NCBI GenBank assembly: GCA_040437565.1
Contig: JBDOQK010000055.1
Location: 124,011 to 188,000, forward strand
DNA: 63,990 nt
Origin: Albugo candida
Taxonomy: Eukaryota
Direction: 5' to 3'
Shown: one piece after another, positions 1 to 11,808 of the stretch
Layout of the letters: every line of letters begins with the position of its first letter
Numbering within the stretch: position 1 is the first letter of the stretch
Made by a program: the position numbers and the translations under genes
Notes under the pieces: model-generated
What the model was told of the DNA's origin: nothing
Database searches by the model: none
Seen by the model: only the letters and a program-made list of their open reading frames with translations

Positions 1-3000
1 CGGACCCACAGTTCAAGCCTATATATATCACCTCAAAACCTGATACATATTGATTTCATTTGGTGCTTCGACACATAAGAACCAGAGCGAATAGATAGGG
101 CTTGCGCGGGACCCACCAACATCGAGGCTAGTATGTGAAATAGAATGACGATGCTACGCAGCAAAATCGTTGAGTACAGGTTATAGAATCGATGAATACA
201 GAAAATATGACGCAAACAGAGAGCGTGTTTGGTGACGTTACACAGCTAATCAGTCCCGAAGCGCTTCATGGTAAACATTTTTCTTATTTTGCTCTAGTCT
301 GCTAATAGATCGTTCCATGTCTGTTCGACCGTGTACTTCAAGTTTTCTGAAGATATTAAGATGGCATTTACATTATTCTGCCCACATAGTCTTACCGCAC
401 GTCATCCAGATTACGTCAGGGCAACACTTCACCGATATTGACGAAGTATCGGTGGCTCTTAGACAAAACTGACAGCTGAAAGAAGCTGATATGTCAGCGA
501 CGACAATAAATGAGTGCAGTCACGATCATTATGATCTATTTGCACAATTAGTAAGAAATTGCACGGAGGCTTGGTGCCGAAGCCATTAAGTGTTCTGGGA
601 CTAAGCGTGCGATGCTCAATTGAATGAATGAGCTGCGAAATCAGCGTGGCTTTCACCTTCACCAAGGTGATGCTGAACGAATATGTAGGGACTAGCTAGT
701 ATTAGACCAAGACTGAATGATTGACCTCGTAGCTGATTTTGTCTAAGACTCGAACAAGATCTGACTTCTCGACGCTGACCGAGTAGCTGTTTAAGCTGGC
801 AAGAAATCGTCAGAGATGTTGCGGAACCTTAGAGTCTTAAAAGTGTACAATGCGCACCAAAAAATGCATATGACGCGCTTTATAATTTGGTTTTTGCCTG
901 TGCTAATCTATGTCGATCCAATTTTGTATTTTGGCTGATCTGGACTCGTGCTTGTACGGGACGTGGTGAGCTGACGTATGATTCAACAAAAAAAAGGCTT
1001 ATAGATCTTCAGGCGCGTGATGATACGCCAATTGTCATGTTCAGGCACACAATTGTGACTTGGCAACGCAAAAGCGCTATTGAGAACCATCGTAAAATAG
1101 CGATATCAACCAATTGATTTTATGTCGAGACGTAAAAAGCTCGAAGTTTTGCGTCGGCAACAAGACTTTTGGTTGCAATTTAGTATCTGTATAGCACATT
1201 TCACGCCAAAACGTTACACAACAAGCATCTTATCAATAAAGACGCTCCTCCCGAGTCTCGGCACGCACGTCAATGGTGAAAATACGCTCACGTATTGCTT
1301 CATGCGGTCTTCAATGGCCGAATTCTGCTTCAAAGGTGAATGCGTCTCAAACGTCCAAGTATTGAAGTGTGAGAGACTTTTACGTGAGAGATGATCTCCA
1401 GCAGCTTCTGGCAACTCTATGTATCATAATTTCAACTCCCATTGTGATCATGCGTGACATTTCTTTGATGAATTGGCTGAGACAGGTAGGACAATATGTG
1501 AAAACTGCGGGCATGGGTAAAATGTGAGCCCAATAATGCTTTTGCGCGTCAACGACGGAGACAGAATATCAAGGCTATAGCATGATAGGAACTGACACTC
1601 TATTCTTAGCAGGCGAAGACGGATCTGAATGATTCAAGATCGGCGAGTGCATGTCACAAATCCTCAGCACAACTTCTTGCCTGTAAGTAGAAAAAAGAGT
1701 CCACTACAAGAAATGACTTGAATCGGCACTACTTGATAAACAAAACATCTTAAATTACCCGAAGGCGTTTTGCAAATGGTATACACAGTCAGAGTCTTGT
1801 GATACCATTCCGAGACTACACACAGAACGACGCTTTCAGAATTTCTCTATCATGTTACTCGAGGTTTCCGCGCCAAACAATATGCCGCAATGTACTGACT
1901 CATATGCCAATGCGATTGTGAAAGATCAAAATTAAAAGCCTTTTTCTTTGTTACCTAAAATTACAAACTATCTAATCCAACGGCAGTCCATCCGAAATCC
2001 TACTTGACTTTCATGAGCTGTGGGGACATACCATGCGAAAATGGAAGGCAGAAATAAGGCTCGCTATCGCGCCATAAATGTGCGTTTCCTACTTAGTTCC
2101 GAGGTAAAATGCCAAAGCAAACAAGACATGAAAAGAAATTCTGGTCGATCACGTAAAAATCTACATTGCTGCTATCGTAAAAGCAATGTTGATCCTTTCG
2201 CGAAAGGAGTGACAGAAATCTCCATTCTNNNNNNNNNNNNNNNNNNNNNNNNNNNNNNNNNNNNNNNNNNNNNNNNNNNNNNNNNNNNNNNNNNNNNNNN
2301 NNNNNNNNNNNNNNNNNNNNNNNNNNNNTCAATGGCCGAATTCTGCTTCAAAGGTGAATGCGTCTCAAACGTCCAAGTATTGAAGTGTGAGAGACTTTTA
2401 CGTGAGAGATGATCTCCAGCAGCTTCTGGCAACTCTATGTATCATAATTTCAACTCCCATTGTGATCATGCGTGACATTTCTTTGATGAATTGGCTGAGA
2501 CAGGTAGGACAATATGTGAAAACTGCGGGCATGGGTAAAATGTGAGCCCAATAATGCTTTTGCGCGTCAACGACGGAGACAGAATATCAAGGCTATAGCA
2601 TGATAGGAACTGACACTCTATTCTTAGCAGGCGAAGACGGATCTGAATGATTCAAGATCGGCGAGTGCATGTCACAAATCCTCAGCACAACTTCTTGCCT
2701 GTAAGTAGAAAAAAGAGTCCACTACAAGAAATGACTTGAATCGGCACTACTTGATAAACAAAACATCTTAAATTACCCGAAGGCGTTTTGCAAATGGTAT
2801 ACACAGTCAGAGTCTTGTGATACCATTCCGAGACTACACACAGAACGACGCTTTCAGAATTTCTCTATCATGTTACTCGAGGTTTCCGCGCCAAACAATA
2901 TGCCGCAATGTACTGACTCATATGCCAATGCGATTGTGAAAGATCAAAATTAAAAGCCTTTTTCTTTGTTACCTAAAATTACAAACTATCTAATCCAACG

Positions 3001-3562
3001 GCAGTCCATCCGAAATCCTACTTGACTTTCATGAGCTGTGGGGACATACCATGCGAAAATGGAAGGCAGAAATAAGGCTCGCTATCGCGCCATAAATGTG
3101 CGTTTCCTACTTAGTTCCGAGGTAAAATGCCAAAGCAAACAAGACATGAAAAGAAATTCTGGTCGATCACGTAAAAATCTACATTGCTGCTATCGTAAAA
3201 GCAATGTTGATCCTTTCGCGAAAGGAGTGACAGAAATCTCCATTCTATCAGGAAGAGAGAATCCTTAGCCTACAGTTGAGTCGATACAATCCATTCTACA
3301 TAACTTTTCCCCTCAGCAGGATTCTTCCGTCCTTCAAATTATTTGATCTAGAATATGGTCCGACTACAAATGTTCATAATTTAGCGATCACTTCGCTGTC
3401 ACCATCATCCTGAAATGTTGAACAGTAATCGATCGTTTATAGATGTATCGCTATTGACTTCAATTCTACTCCTATTGTATAATTAGGGATTCTTTCATAG
3501 GAGCTCCCTAAAAATTCTATGTAAAGGTTGTACATATCCAAAATCAGGTGAATAGACACCCT

Positions 3563-4473
3563 ATGGAATCAGGTAACGCTGCTCGATGTGCCTTGTATGA
3601 GGATCTTCTTCTTCGATCTGAGCAAGGGCTTGATTCCACCAGCGTCGATAAATTTCGGTAAGAAAGCAACTTTCTGACTAGTGTTCATAAGCATTAAGTT
3701 ATTACCACAGAACTCACTTTAAACTTCACAATGGGGTGTGGATCCCCACCACAACCAGCCCCGCTGCATCATTTGTATGTGCTGCTATCCCGGAGGGCCA
3801 TATCAATGAAATTCACTCCATCGCTTTGGACATTAAACGAATTCTAGATCATGACCGGCCTGATCCGAGCTCCAGTTGTGCCTACTGGGTTCAACCACAA
3901 GATCTGCACTTGACCATCTTTCAGACCTCGCATCATTCTGAACCCGTGCCTGACATCAAAAATCGCCGTGCGCAAGTGGTGAGTTTTCTGGAAGCATGTG
4001 TGCGTAAATTGCCATTGGGAATTCGCCTCTGTCCTGAACGAATACTGATAGCTTCGTCTGGTTCTGTTTTACTTCTCTATAACGCGCCTGACGAAGATTT
4101 TAACGAGGGAATTGAATGGATTCGCATTGAAGCTGCAAAAAGGATGGGCGAGTGGCTACCAAAAACACAGACGAGAACAATATGGCATTCGACGTTGGGT
4201 CGCATTCTTGAAGATCGTTCGGCTGATTCACTTTGTCAAGCACGGCACTACTGTGATGTTCAGTCTCCAATATTGAAGGATAAAATAGGAGAAATGGAGA
4301 TAAAAAAGCTATGGTATGTAGAAGAAGAAGTTTTGTACTCTATGAAAGGAAGTCGTGCTGAAATCGCGCTAAAAGGTCAGCCTGAAGCTATGGGATACTC
4401 CGCCAAGCCTATTTTACCTTGTAATACCAAATGCGAATTTTCAGGTCAATCATTTGATCAAAGTAGCGTGTAA
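3563..4473 (+). CDS. 2H phosphoesterase superfamily protein (LigT/cyclic phosphodiesterase-like), 2 exons
   Basis: Two HxT motifs (DLHLTIF and IWHSTLGR). Exon 1 (3563-3657, MESGNAARCALYEDLL...) joins ORF 3736-4473 in frame across GT-AG intron 3658-3710. Confidence 0.75.
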
Positions 4474-4818
4474 GATTAATTGGATAATACACGTCTTTTT
4501 TGAGCAAGAGACGTACTAAACCCCCAAACCTCACTTCTTCCAATTTCTAATGCATATGTTGACTGGGAAGTTTCGTTCTATTTTGGTGAAGATGAATTCG
4601 ACTTTGGCCAAGTACCGTAGGACAGTTAAAGCATCTATCGTAAAGGACGACGCGTGCAGAATGCTAATCCACAATTGTAACCGCTGCTGCCAGCCAAAAA
4701 TAGTAGATTTGTGGTAACAAACGTGAACAAATTGTAGTTATTTACTTTCTCAAAAACAAAGACTTTTGGGTAATTGACAAACTCCCAGCACCTCTAACGG
4801 TGTCGGAACGATTCACTA

Positions 4819-7452
4819 ATGAGATTACTACCACTTGCAGCTTCGGGCGTCAGCTTTCTTCATTTGTTCCTTATTGCAGGGTTTACCGATTTTGTTGGTA
4901 GCACCGAGATGTGTTCGAAGAATGCTCAGCAAGTTTGGCAACAAAGTTGCCCATTGCGAACAGTGAAAAACAAACCACTGCTCCCGCTAGATGGCATGGA
5001 CTCCTCAGAAATAAACGTGGAGGAGTCACAGATTTCAGCAACATACAATTCCGCACGTCTTCAGGCGCTCCAATTCAGCGCACAGGCAGGCAATACCGCG
5101 ATCCGAAATTTGCGCAAAAAGTCTCGTCAATGGTACGAAGTCAGCTTACATCGTATGTTGACGTACGTGTGTGGAGAAACTTCATCTCCAGAAGACTTTG
5201 AGCGTTGCGTGATTCCCACAAGTGTCTATGCTGCACATGACATTAATGATCAATGCATTTTTGTGAACGATACCGAAGGATGCAGTCATAAAGGTCTTTG
5301 TGAGCGCAAGAGCAACTGTCGATGGGATGATGCATTTGCGAATGCTACCTCGAGGCGTCAATTTTTCTCACTCAACAATATCACAACCGCGAAATCGTGG
5401 GTGGAGCAAGGATATCTAAGATCTTTTGCGGGATTTCTTGTTCCTGGAACCGTACTTTCCGTGCTCATTTCTGTCGGGTTTGTCGTATTCTTGGTCCTTC
5501 GGTGTGTATTCAATCAATGTGGAGGTCGTAATCCTCGAGAACAAGGATATTCTCGATGCGATATCCTCATCCCGAGCTTGGTGTTTATAATCTGCTTTTT
5601 AGCGGTTTTCATATGCGCCGTATTTACAGCAGCTCAGAATACAAATATCTCGGAAGAGATCGCTTCCATTTTTGATTCCTTAGGAACTACAATGGAAAAC
5701 TTGTCGATTTTTGCGAGAAATCTTCAGGTACCACTCGAACAAATTATAAAGCAGATACAATCATCAGAAACTACAGTCACGTCTGCCATTCAGAACACTG
5801 AATGGATTTCAAGAGATGGCATGATTCTACACGATATGATATTGAATTACAGCACAACATATGCGTCACGTGGTCCATTTCCATTTGCCTCATGCACCAC
5901 TTCCGATGTATCATGCATTCAGTGCCCGGACAAAGTGTGTGGATCTCCACTCATGTCATTTATGAACTTGTCGCTGGTCGGGTTAGCCACAATAAAATCA
6001 GCAATTCAGACTCCTGTATCAACGCTTAATTTGACCTTTAAACAAACTCCAAGCACACTTTCGGCGTTACGTATCGCTGTATTACAACTTTCTGAATTGG
6101 GCAATCTGACCAACGCTTCCCGTCAAAGCACTGAAGTGATACAGGATGCGTTTGAATCATACTCCTTTTCACGTACTGCCCTTGTGCTTTGTGTCTTTCT
6201 ATTTGCGATGGTGGCGTCAATTCTCGGCATGATTGGTATTTTTCAAGGTATCTGCAAGAAAAAAACTACTTGGAACCTCACTCTCCATGCAAGCTGGACA
6301 CTTAATGTGCTGGTATGTATACTTGGCTTTGTGCTTTCGTCCGCATTACTTGCAATTGGGGCTTTATGGTATGATTCTTGCAACTATCTGACCATTCTTC
6401 GAAGCGATATGTCACCATACTTTCCATCCGAAATTTCCAGTATGATGAATACTTGCTTTAACAGCACTTCACTTCTCTCATCCCTCGCACTCGAGGATAA
6501 GCTTGCTTTTTCCTGTGCCTTGGAAGACAACTATCAGATGTTGAACACTGCGGATATGAAGGCTTCAGCAGCTCACTTGGAAGCGTATGGAGATTTTGTG
6601 AAAGATTTTGGTCTCAGCGATTTCGGATATAATGTGACTCTCTCACGCCAATTGATATCTAAAGCCACAAGCGCGGCTTTGGAAGCCAACACAACGGCCA
6701 AAGAGGCCTTCACACAGGATAACATTATGGTTCCTTGGCAAGTGTATTCGGAGGCGCCTCCTTCCGCTGCCGATTGTCCCAATACCACTACTCTACAGCT
6801 TCCCAATTGCTACATGTCTTTGAAATGTAAGAGCGGTTCCGGACCTACTACTCTCAAGCAAAAGTGTGCTTCAGCTTTTTCGAACGCGTATTATTATGTC
6901 GCTGCTTTCAGTCAAATAAGCGATATGTTGGATCAAATGCGAGAAGATTTATTGGGTGACACTGGTAAAGGTTTTTCTCCCGGCTGGAAATTCGATGTGT
7001 CGATAACAGAATTTGAAGAAGCGTATCTAAAGCGTGTGATTGAGTTTCAATCCAACACGCTGGGCTCGCTGCGGGCACAGAGCCTCAGCCCACTTTTGCA
7101 ATCAATTGAGAGCGTCCGCTGCTCAGACAATTGCGGATGGATCAATATCGCTTATAATAAACTATACGATGATCTCTGCGACGATGTGCTCGGAACAACG
7201 CTAGCGATCTCATTATGCGCATTTTTTCTGAGCATTTTTCTGATACCAATGATCGTGACAGCAGTCATTTTGCAAAAGCGACTCCGTGGAACAAAACAAG
7301 GAACTTATGAGCATTTAGAGAAGCGTCTTCAAATGCTGGAGGTTAAAGCGAGAGAGCAAGCGCGAGCGAGAGCCAATCTATCGCCACCACCTCGTGAAAG
7401 CACCGGAGTCGTTGATCTCGTGCGATCAAAACTGAAGCTGGATCTCGCTTAA
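4819..7452 (+). CDS. 877-aa multi-pass membrane protein with prominin/tweety-like topology
   Basis: Single long ORF with an N-terminal hydrophobic leader, about five TM segments (two hairpin pairs plus one C-terminal), large Cys-rich loops carrying many N-x-S/T sites, and a basic tail. Confidence 0.7.
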   Translation: MRLLPLAASGVSFLHLFLIAGFTDFVGSTEMCSKNAQQVWQQSCPLRTVKNKPLLPLDGMDSSEINVEESQISATYNSARLQALQFSAQAGNTAIRNLRKKSRQWYEVSLHRMLTYVCGETSSPEDFERCVIPTSVYAAHDINDQCIFVNDTEGCSHKGLCERKSNCRWDDAFANATSRRQFFSLNNITTAKSWVEQGYLRSFAGFLVPGTVLSVLISVGFVVFLVLRCVFNQCGGRNPREQGYSRCDILIPSLVFIICFLAVFICAVFTAAQNTNISEEIASIFDSLGTTMENLSIFARNLQVPLEQIIKQIQSSETTVTSAIQNTEWISRDGMILHDMILNYSTTYASRGPFPFASCTTSDVSCIQCPDKVCGSPLMSFMNLSLVGLATIKSAIQTPVSTLNLTFKQTPSTLSALRIAVLQLSELGNLTNASRQSTEVIQDAFESYSFSRTALVLCVFLFAMVASILGMIGIFQGICKKKTTWNLTLHASWTLNVLVCILGFVLSSALLAIGALWYDSCNYLTILRSDMSPYFPSEISSMMNTCFNSTSLLSSLALEDKLAFSCALEDNYQMLNTADMKASAAHLEAYGDFVKDFGLSDFGYNVTLSRQLISKATSAALEANTTAKEAFTQDNIMVPWQVYSEAPPSAADCPNTTTLQLPNCYMSLKCKSGSGPTTLKQKCASAFSNAYYYVAAFSQISDMLDQMREDLLGDTGKGFSPGWKFDVSITEFEEAYLKRVIEFQSNTLGSLRAQSLSPLLQSIESVRCSDNCGWINIAYNKLYDDLCDDVLGTTLAISLCAFFLSIFLIPMIVTAVILQKRLRGTKQGTYEHLEKRLQMLEVKAREQARARANLSPPPRESTGVVDLVRSKLKLDLA

Positions 7453-7582
7453 AACTTGGTATTAAACGAAATGTTATTGGGTAGAATTGATGTAAAGAAC
7501 CTATGCCTCTCAAATCCTCTATACGGATTGGTGCTTAATAATGCTAGATGTATTTGATTGGTTATATTATTTCGTGTGAATT

Positions 7583-9278
7583 ATGCGAGAAATTGTCATT
7601 TTAGGTGGCGGAATCTCTGGGCTGAGTTTAGCTTATTATCTCAAGAGCTTCTTACGTTCAACCGGTCAGTATCGCCAAACGCTGAAAAGCATCCTTCCAT
7701 CGAGCACGTCAGTAAAGTCATATGCTCAGAATCCTTCTCCGTTTCGTATTCGTATTGTCGAAGCATCTCCGCGTTTGGGTGGATGGATTCACTCAGAGAC
7801 GACTCCGTCCGGGTACTTGTTTGAATTTGGTCCTCGTGGCTTCCGTCCTTCTCGAAGCGGAGCAGAGGTTCTTCAGTTGATCGAACAGCTTGACTTACAA
7901 GACGAAATGCTCACAGTATCCCCAGCGGCGGCTACTTCTCGCTACATTCTTCGTGGTCAGCGCGTAGAGGTCCGTTTGCTCGACTCATACAACAATAGTA
8001 ATATTTCCCTTTAGAAAGTACCAACAAACTTGATGGAATTCCTACGCTGGCCGCTTGCCAGACAAGTTATATCTGCTTTGTTTCATGAGACTTTTGCAAG
8101 TCCGAGTCGGGTGAGAACAACTCGGATCGAGATGCAGGTAGATGAATGATATTTTCTCGTATTAGATCGATGACAGCGTGGATGAATCTATCCACGATTT
8201 CATTGTGCGGAGATTCAATGCATCAGTCGCGGACCGCCTTATCGATCCGATGGCCTCGGGAATATTTGGTGGCGATATTCGCAAGCTTTCCATTCGGTGT
8301 TGCTTCCCAATACTTGTTGAAATGGAACAACAATACGGAAGCATCGTACGTGGTATGCTGCTTCCAAAATTTTCAAAGCCACCAAAAGATACACTTCTCG
8401 ATGGAAGTGGAAAGTCGGAATTCGTCCGGCGGAATGAGCGTTCAGTGAGTATTAGTTTTCGAAATGGAATGTACACTTTGATCGATGCGCTACAGAAGGA
8501 TCTTGAGGTTCGTTCCGCTCTAAATCAGTGAATCTATGACCATTCGGGTTATCAGGATGATCAAGATTGCGATATACTCTTCGATTCCAAAGCAACAAAG
8601 TTGAAGGCAGTTTCTCATAACAGCTCGATGCAATTCCTCGTAAAATTACAGACAAAAGAAAAGACTCAACAGATCATCAAAGCGACTGATGTCTTCAGCA
8701 CCATACCAGCAAAGGATGTTGCTCCACTGGTGGAAGAATCACATCCTGAAATGTCAAAAGCTCTTCAGAGCATTCAATATGCTTCCATTGGAATGATACA
8801 TCTAGGTTACCAAGCCAATGTGCTTGAAAGTGATGGTTTTGGATATCTCGTTCCAAGCCTGGAGAAGGAGAACATTTTAGGCGTAGTGTATGATTCTTGC
8901 GCTTTTCCAGAGCAGAATACAAGCAGAACGAAACAAACAAGGCTTACGGTCATGTGTGGTGGTGCTCGGCACCCGGAGATCCAGTCGCTAATGAGACCGG
9001 AGCTGGAACAAATTGCACTTGATGCTGTCGCTCGACATCTTGGGATACGTGTTTCGCCCGATCATGTCAACGCGATGCTTTTGAAAGATTGTATACCTCA
9101 GTATCATGTCGGAATGTGGCAAACACGAAAAGCAATTGAGGCTCACGCTGCTGCCATAAGCAGTCGATTTCGTTTGGGCGGTAACAATTTCTGCGGAGTT
9201 GGACTCGCCGATTGTGTGTATCGATCAAAACAATTGGCAATGGAATTCATCCAAGAGAATTTTGACAGCAGTGTTTAA
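7583..9278 (+). CDS. PPOX: Protoporphyrinogen oxidase (HemY type), multi-exon
   Basis: FAD-binding motif VILGGGISGL, plus RLGGWIHS, FEFGPRGFR, GFGYLVP, LGVVYDS, IPQYHVG and GVGLADC. ORF pieces are linked by short GT-AG introns. Confidence 0.93.
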
Positions 9279-9366
9279 TCGAATTTGCTCACGCTCGATC
9301 TCTAGAATGACCGATCATTTCTATCGTCCAAATCTGATTATAATTACCTCCGTCTTGCGGTTCTTC

Positions 9367-9982
9367 TCAATTTCTATCCCTTCTAAGCCGTAGAGGTACC
9401 TGCACGGATGCATTCCAAGCCAATTTACCTCTCAACTTCGGATGATTTGGCAATTCCTCGATACATTTACTGATTCCCTATTGCAAAATAAGCTCTCGCT
9501 GTGAAATATCAACGCAACACTTCGTACCCTTGCAATTCTGTGATCCGAAAAAGCTTCCCCAGGTATTTCATCTTTATATTTGAGATGCAATAATCCAACA
9601 TTGAATTGGTTTGCTTTAGGTATTCCTACGGGATACGCTCTCGGCAGCTTTTCTGCGCGATAATTGTACACAAAAAGGTTGGTTCGACCGCGCTAGACGT
9701 CGATTTAGTGAAAGAAGAATAAGTATTGCGAGGTGGTACCTCTGCAAGCGTGTTGCATCGTTTATAGTCTTTTTCCAAAGCTTCATTGTACGTAGAAATG
9801 TTCCAGTCAGGCTTTTTGCTTTCGTGAGGAAGGTGGAGTGATCCTAGCGCTCGGGAGGGTTTCTCGCGTGACGCATTGCCGGCACTAAACGCACAATCGT
9901 GCATAGCGAAGCGTTTTTGAGTATTCTTACTTCCAATTTGGCTTTTGGGTTGGAGCCATTTTGAAGACTTTGTACCGCCCAT
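9367..9982 (-). CDS. Hypothetical spliced basic protein (5' part repeated at 10191-10420 by assembly overlap)
   Basis: ORF 9626-9982 joins the 9432-9671 frame through a GTACC..TCTAG intron, and a further GTACG..AATAG intron gives ...GISKCIEELPNHPKLRGKLAWNASVQ. The 3' end is uncertain. Confidence 0.55.
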
Positions 9983-10552
9983 TTACAAATGCATTTTTTT
10001 AGTCGAGCTTTTCATCTCATATACTATTTTTACTAAAATGTTTTTAGAATCGACACGTGCTCGAAATGTGCTGCCGACACGAAAGAGACGNNNNNNNNNN
10101 NNNNNNNNNNNNNNNNNNNNNNNNNNNNNNNNNNNNNNNNNNNNNNNNNNNNNNNNNNNNNNNNNNNNNNNNNNNNNNNNNNNNNNNNNNTTGCATCGTT
10201 TATAGTCTTTTTCCAAAGCTTCATTGTACGTAGAAATGTTCCAGTCAGGCTTTTTGCTTTCGTGAGGAAGGTGGAGTGATCCTAGCGCTCGGGAGGGTTT
10301 CTCGCGTGACGCATTGCCGGCACTAAACGCACAATCGTGCATAGCGAAGCGTTTTTGAGTATTCTTACTTCCAATTTGGCTTTTGGGTTGGAGCCATTTT
10401 GAAGACTTTGTACCGCCCATTTACAAATGCATTTTTTTAGTCGAGCTTTTCATCTCATATACTATTTTTACTAAAATGTTTTTAGAATCGACACGTGCTC
10501 GAAATGTGCTGCCGACACGAAAGAGACGTTCTAAATATATCGAGTGACGCTT

Positions 10553-11675
10553 ATGGACCGTGCTACCGAGCAGATCCGCACGCAGATACAAGTGGTTGAG
10601 CGTAATCTTAAAGTTTTGGAAGAAACGATTGTAAAGATGATACGACTTCGTGAAGACACACAACAATTCATGCAGGAATTTGCCACTTCTATGAACAATA
10701 TCGGCGCCGAGGAGTATGATACAAATGTGGCCCATTGCATTCAGTCGTTGGGAACGTCTTTTTCGAACGTATCGAAAAAAACGACAGACCTCATGCTTCA
10801 CCGTCCACAATCGCACATCTTGCAGGTTCTTACGCACATCCAAGACTGGGGAATTGTCCCTATTCAGGTGCAGATCAGAAGCTTGCGTTACGCGATGATT
10901 CTCATTTCCATGATAGCGGCTTTTAGACGATCGAGAGAGAATAGAGAGGATAGAACTTCGTCTGCAGCGTGAATTTGAGGTTTGTCGATTGGAANNNNNN
11001 NNNNNNNNNNNNNNNNNNNNNNNNNNNNNNNNNNNNNNNNNNNNNNNNNNNNNNNNNNNNNNNNNNNNNNNNNNNNNNNNNNNNNNNNNNNNNNCTTTTT
11101 CGAACGTATCGAAAAAAACGACAGACCTCATGCTTCACCGTCCACAATCGCACATCTTGCAGGTTCTTACGCACATCCAAGACTGGGGAATTGTCCCTAT
11201 TCAGGTGCAGATCAGAAGCTTGCGTTACGCGATGATTCTCATTTCCATGATAGCGGCTTTTAGACGATCGAGAGAGAATAGAGAGGATAGAACTTCGTCT
11301 GCAGCGTGAATTTGAGGTTTGTCGATTGGAAATTGTAATACATCGCTTAGTTACTTCGACAGAGAGCGTACGGAGAACGAGATCGCGAAAAGAAAAAGAG
11401 GTTGTTAACGGACCAGAAACGGCGAAAAGAGAATGTGAATCAGCTCGTCGCTTTTCATTTGGAGCAATTTGAGGGATTCCGCATTACGCAGACAAAGGTT
11501 TCGTTGTATCTTTCGCGTTCAACTTCTGTTCTGATCGAATTGGAAGCAGAAAATTTTGCAGGAGATTTCGCGATCGGAAGCTTATTTTTATGCAAAGAGC
11601 CTGGAAGAGCTTGCGACTCCGTGCGCATTGATAGCTCAAGTACATACTGACAGGAGATCATTCCCACATCCGTGA
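10553..11675 (+). CDS. FAM92/CIBAR-like BAR-domain protein, 4 exons (middle part duplicated around gap)
   Basis: Spliced helical protein MDRATEQIRTQ...VPIQ|RLLDDRERIE...|...EQFEGFRITQTK|KILQEISRSEAYFYAKSLEEL. The ExxFxAKxLE ending resembles the FAM92 BAR C-terminus. Confidence 0.6.
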
Positions 11676-11808
11676 ACGGTGAGCAATCAGCTTACAAATT
11701 GATACAAAAATGTGTACTTTACAATACAAAAAACTTGCGGCTACTTGATTGCCAGCCTGCGATTGACAAAGATCGACGATAGACTATGCATTCTACCTTG
11801 AAAGCATG

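Noticed and set aside
1309..3248. 920-bp perfect direct repeat resembling an LTR pair
   Set aside because: It flanks an N gap, lacks TG..CA ends and a TSD, and follows the same overlap pattern as the other gaps.
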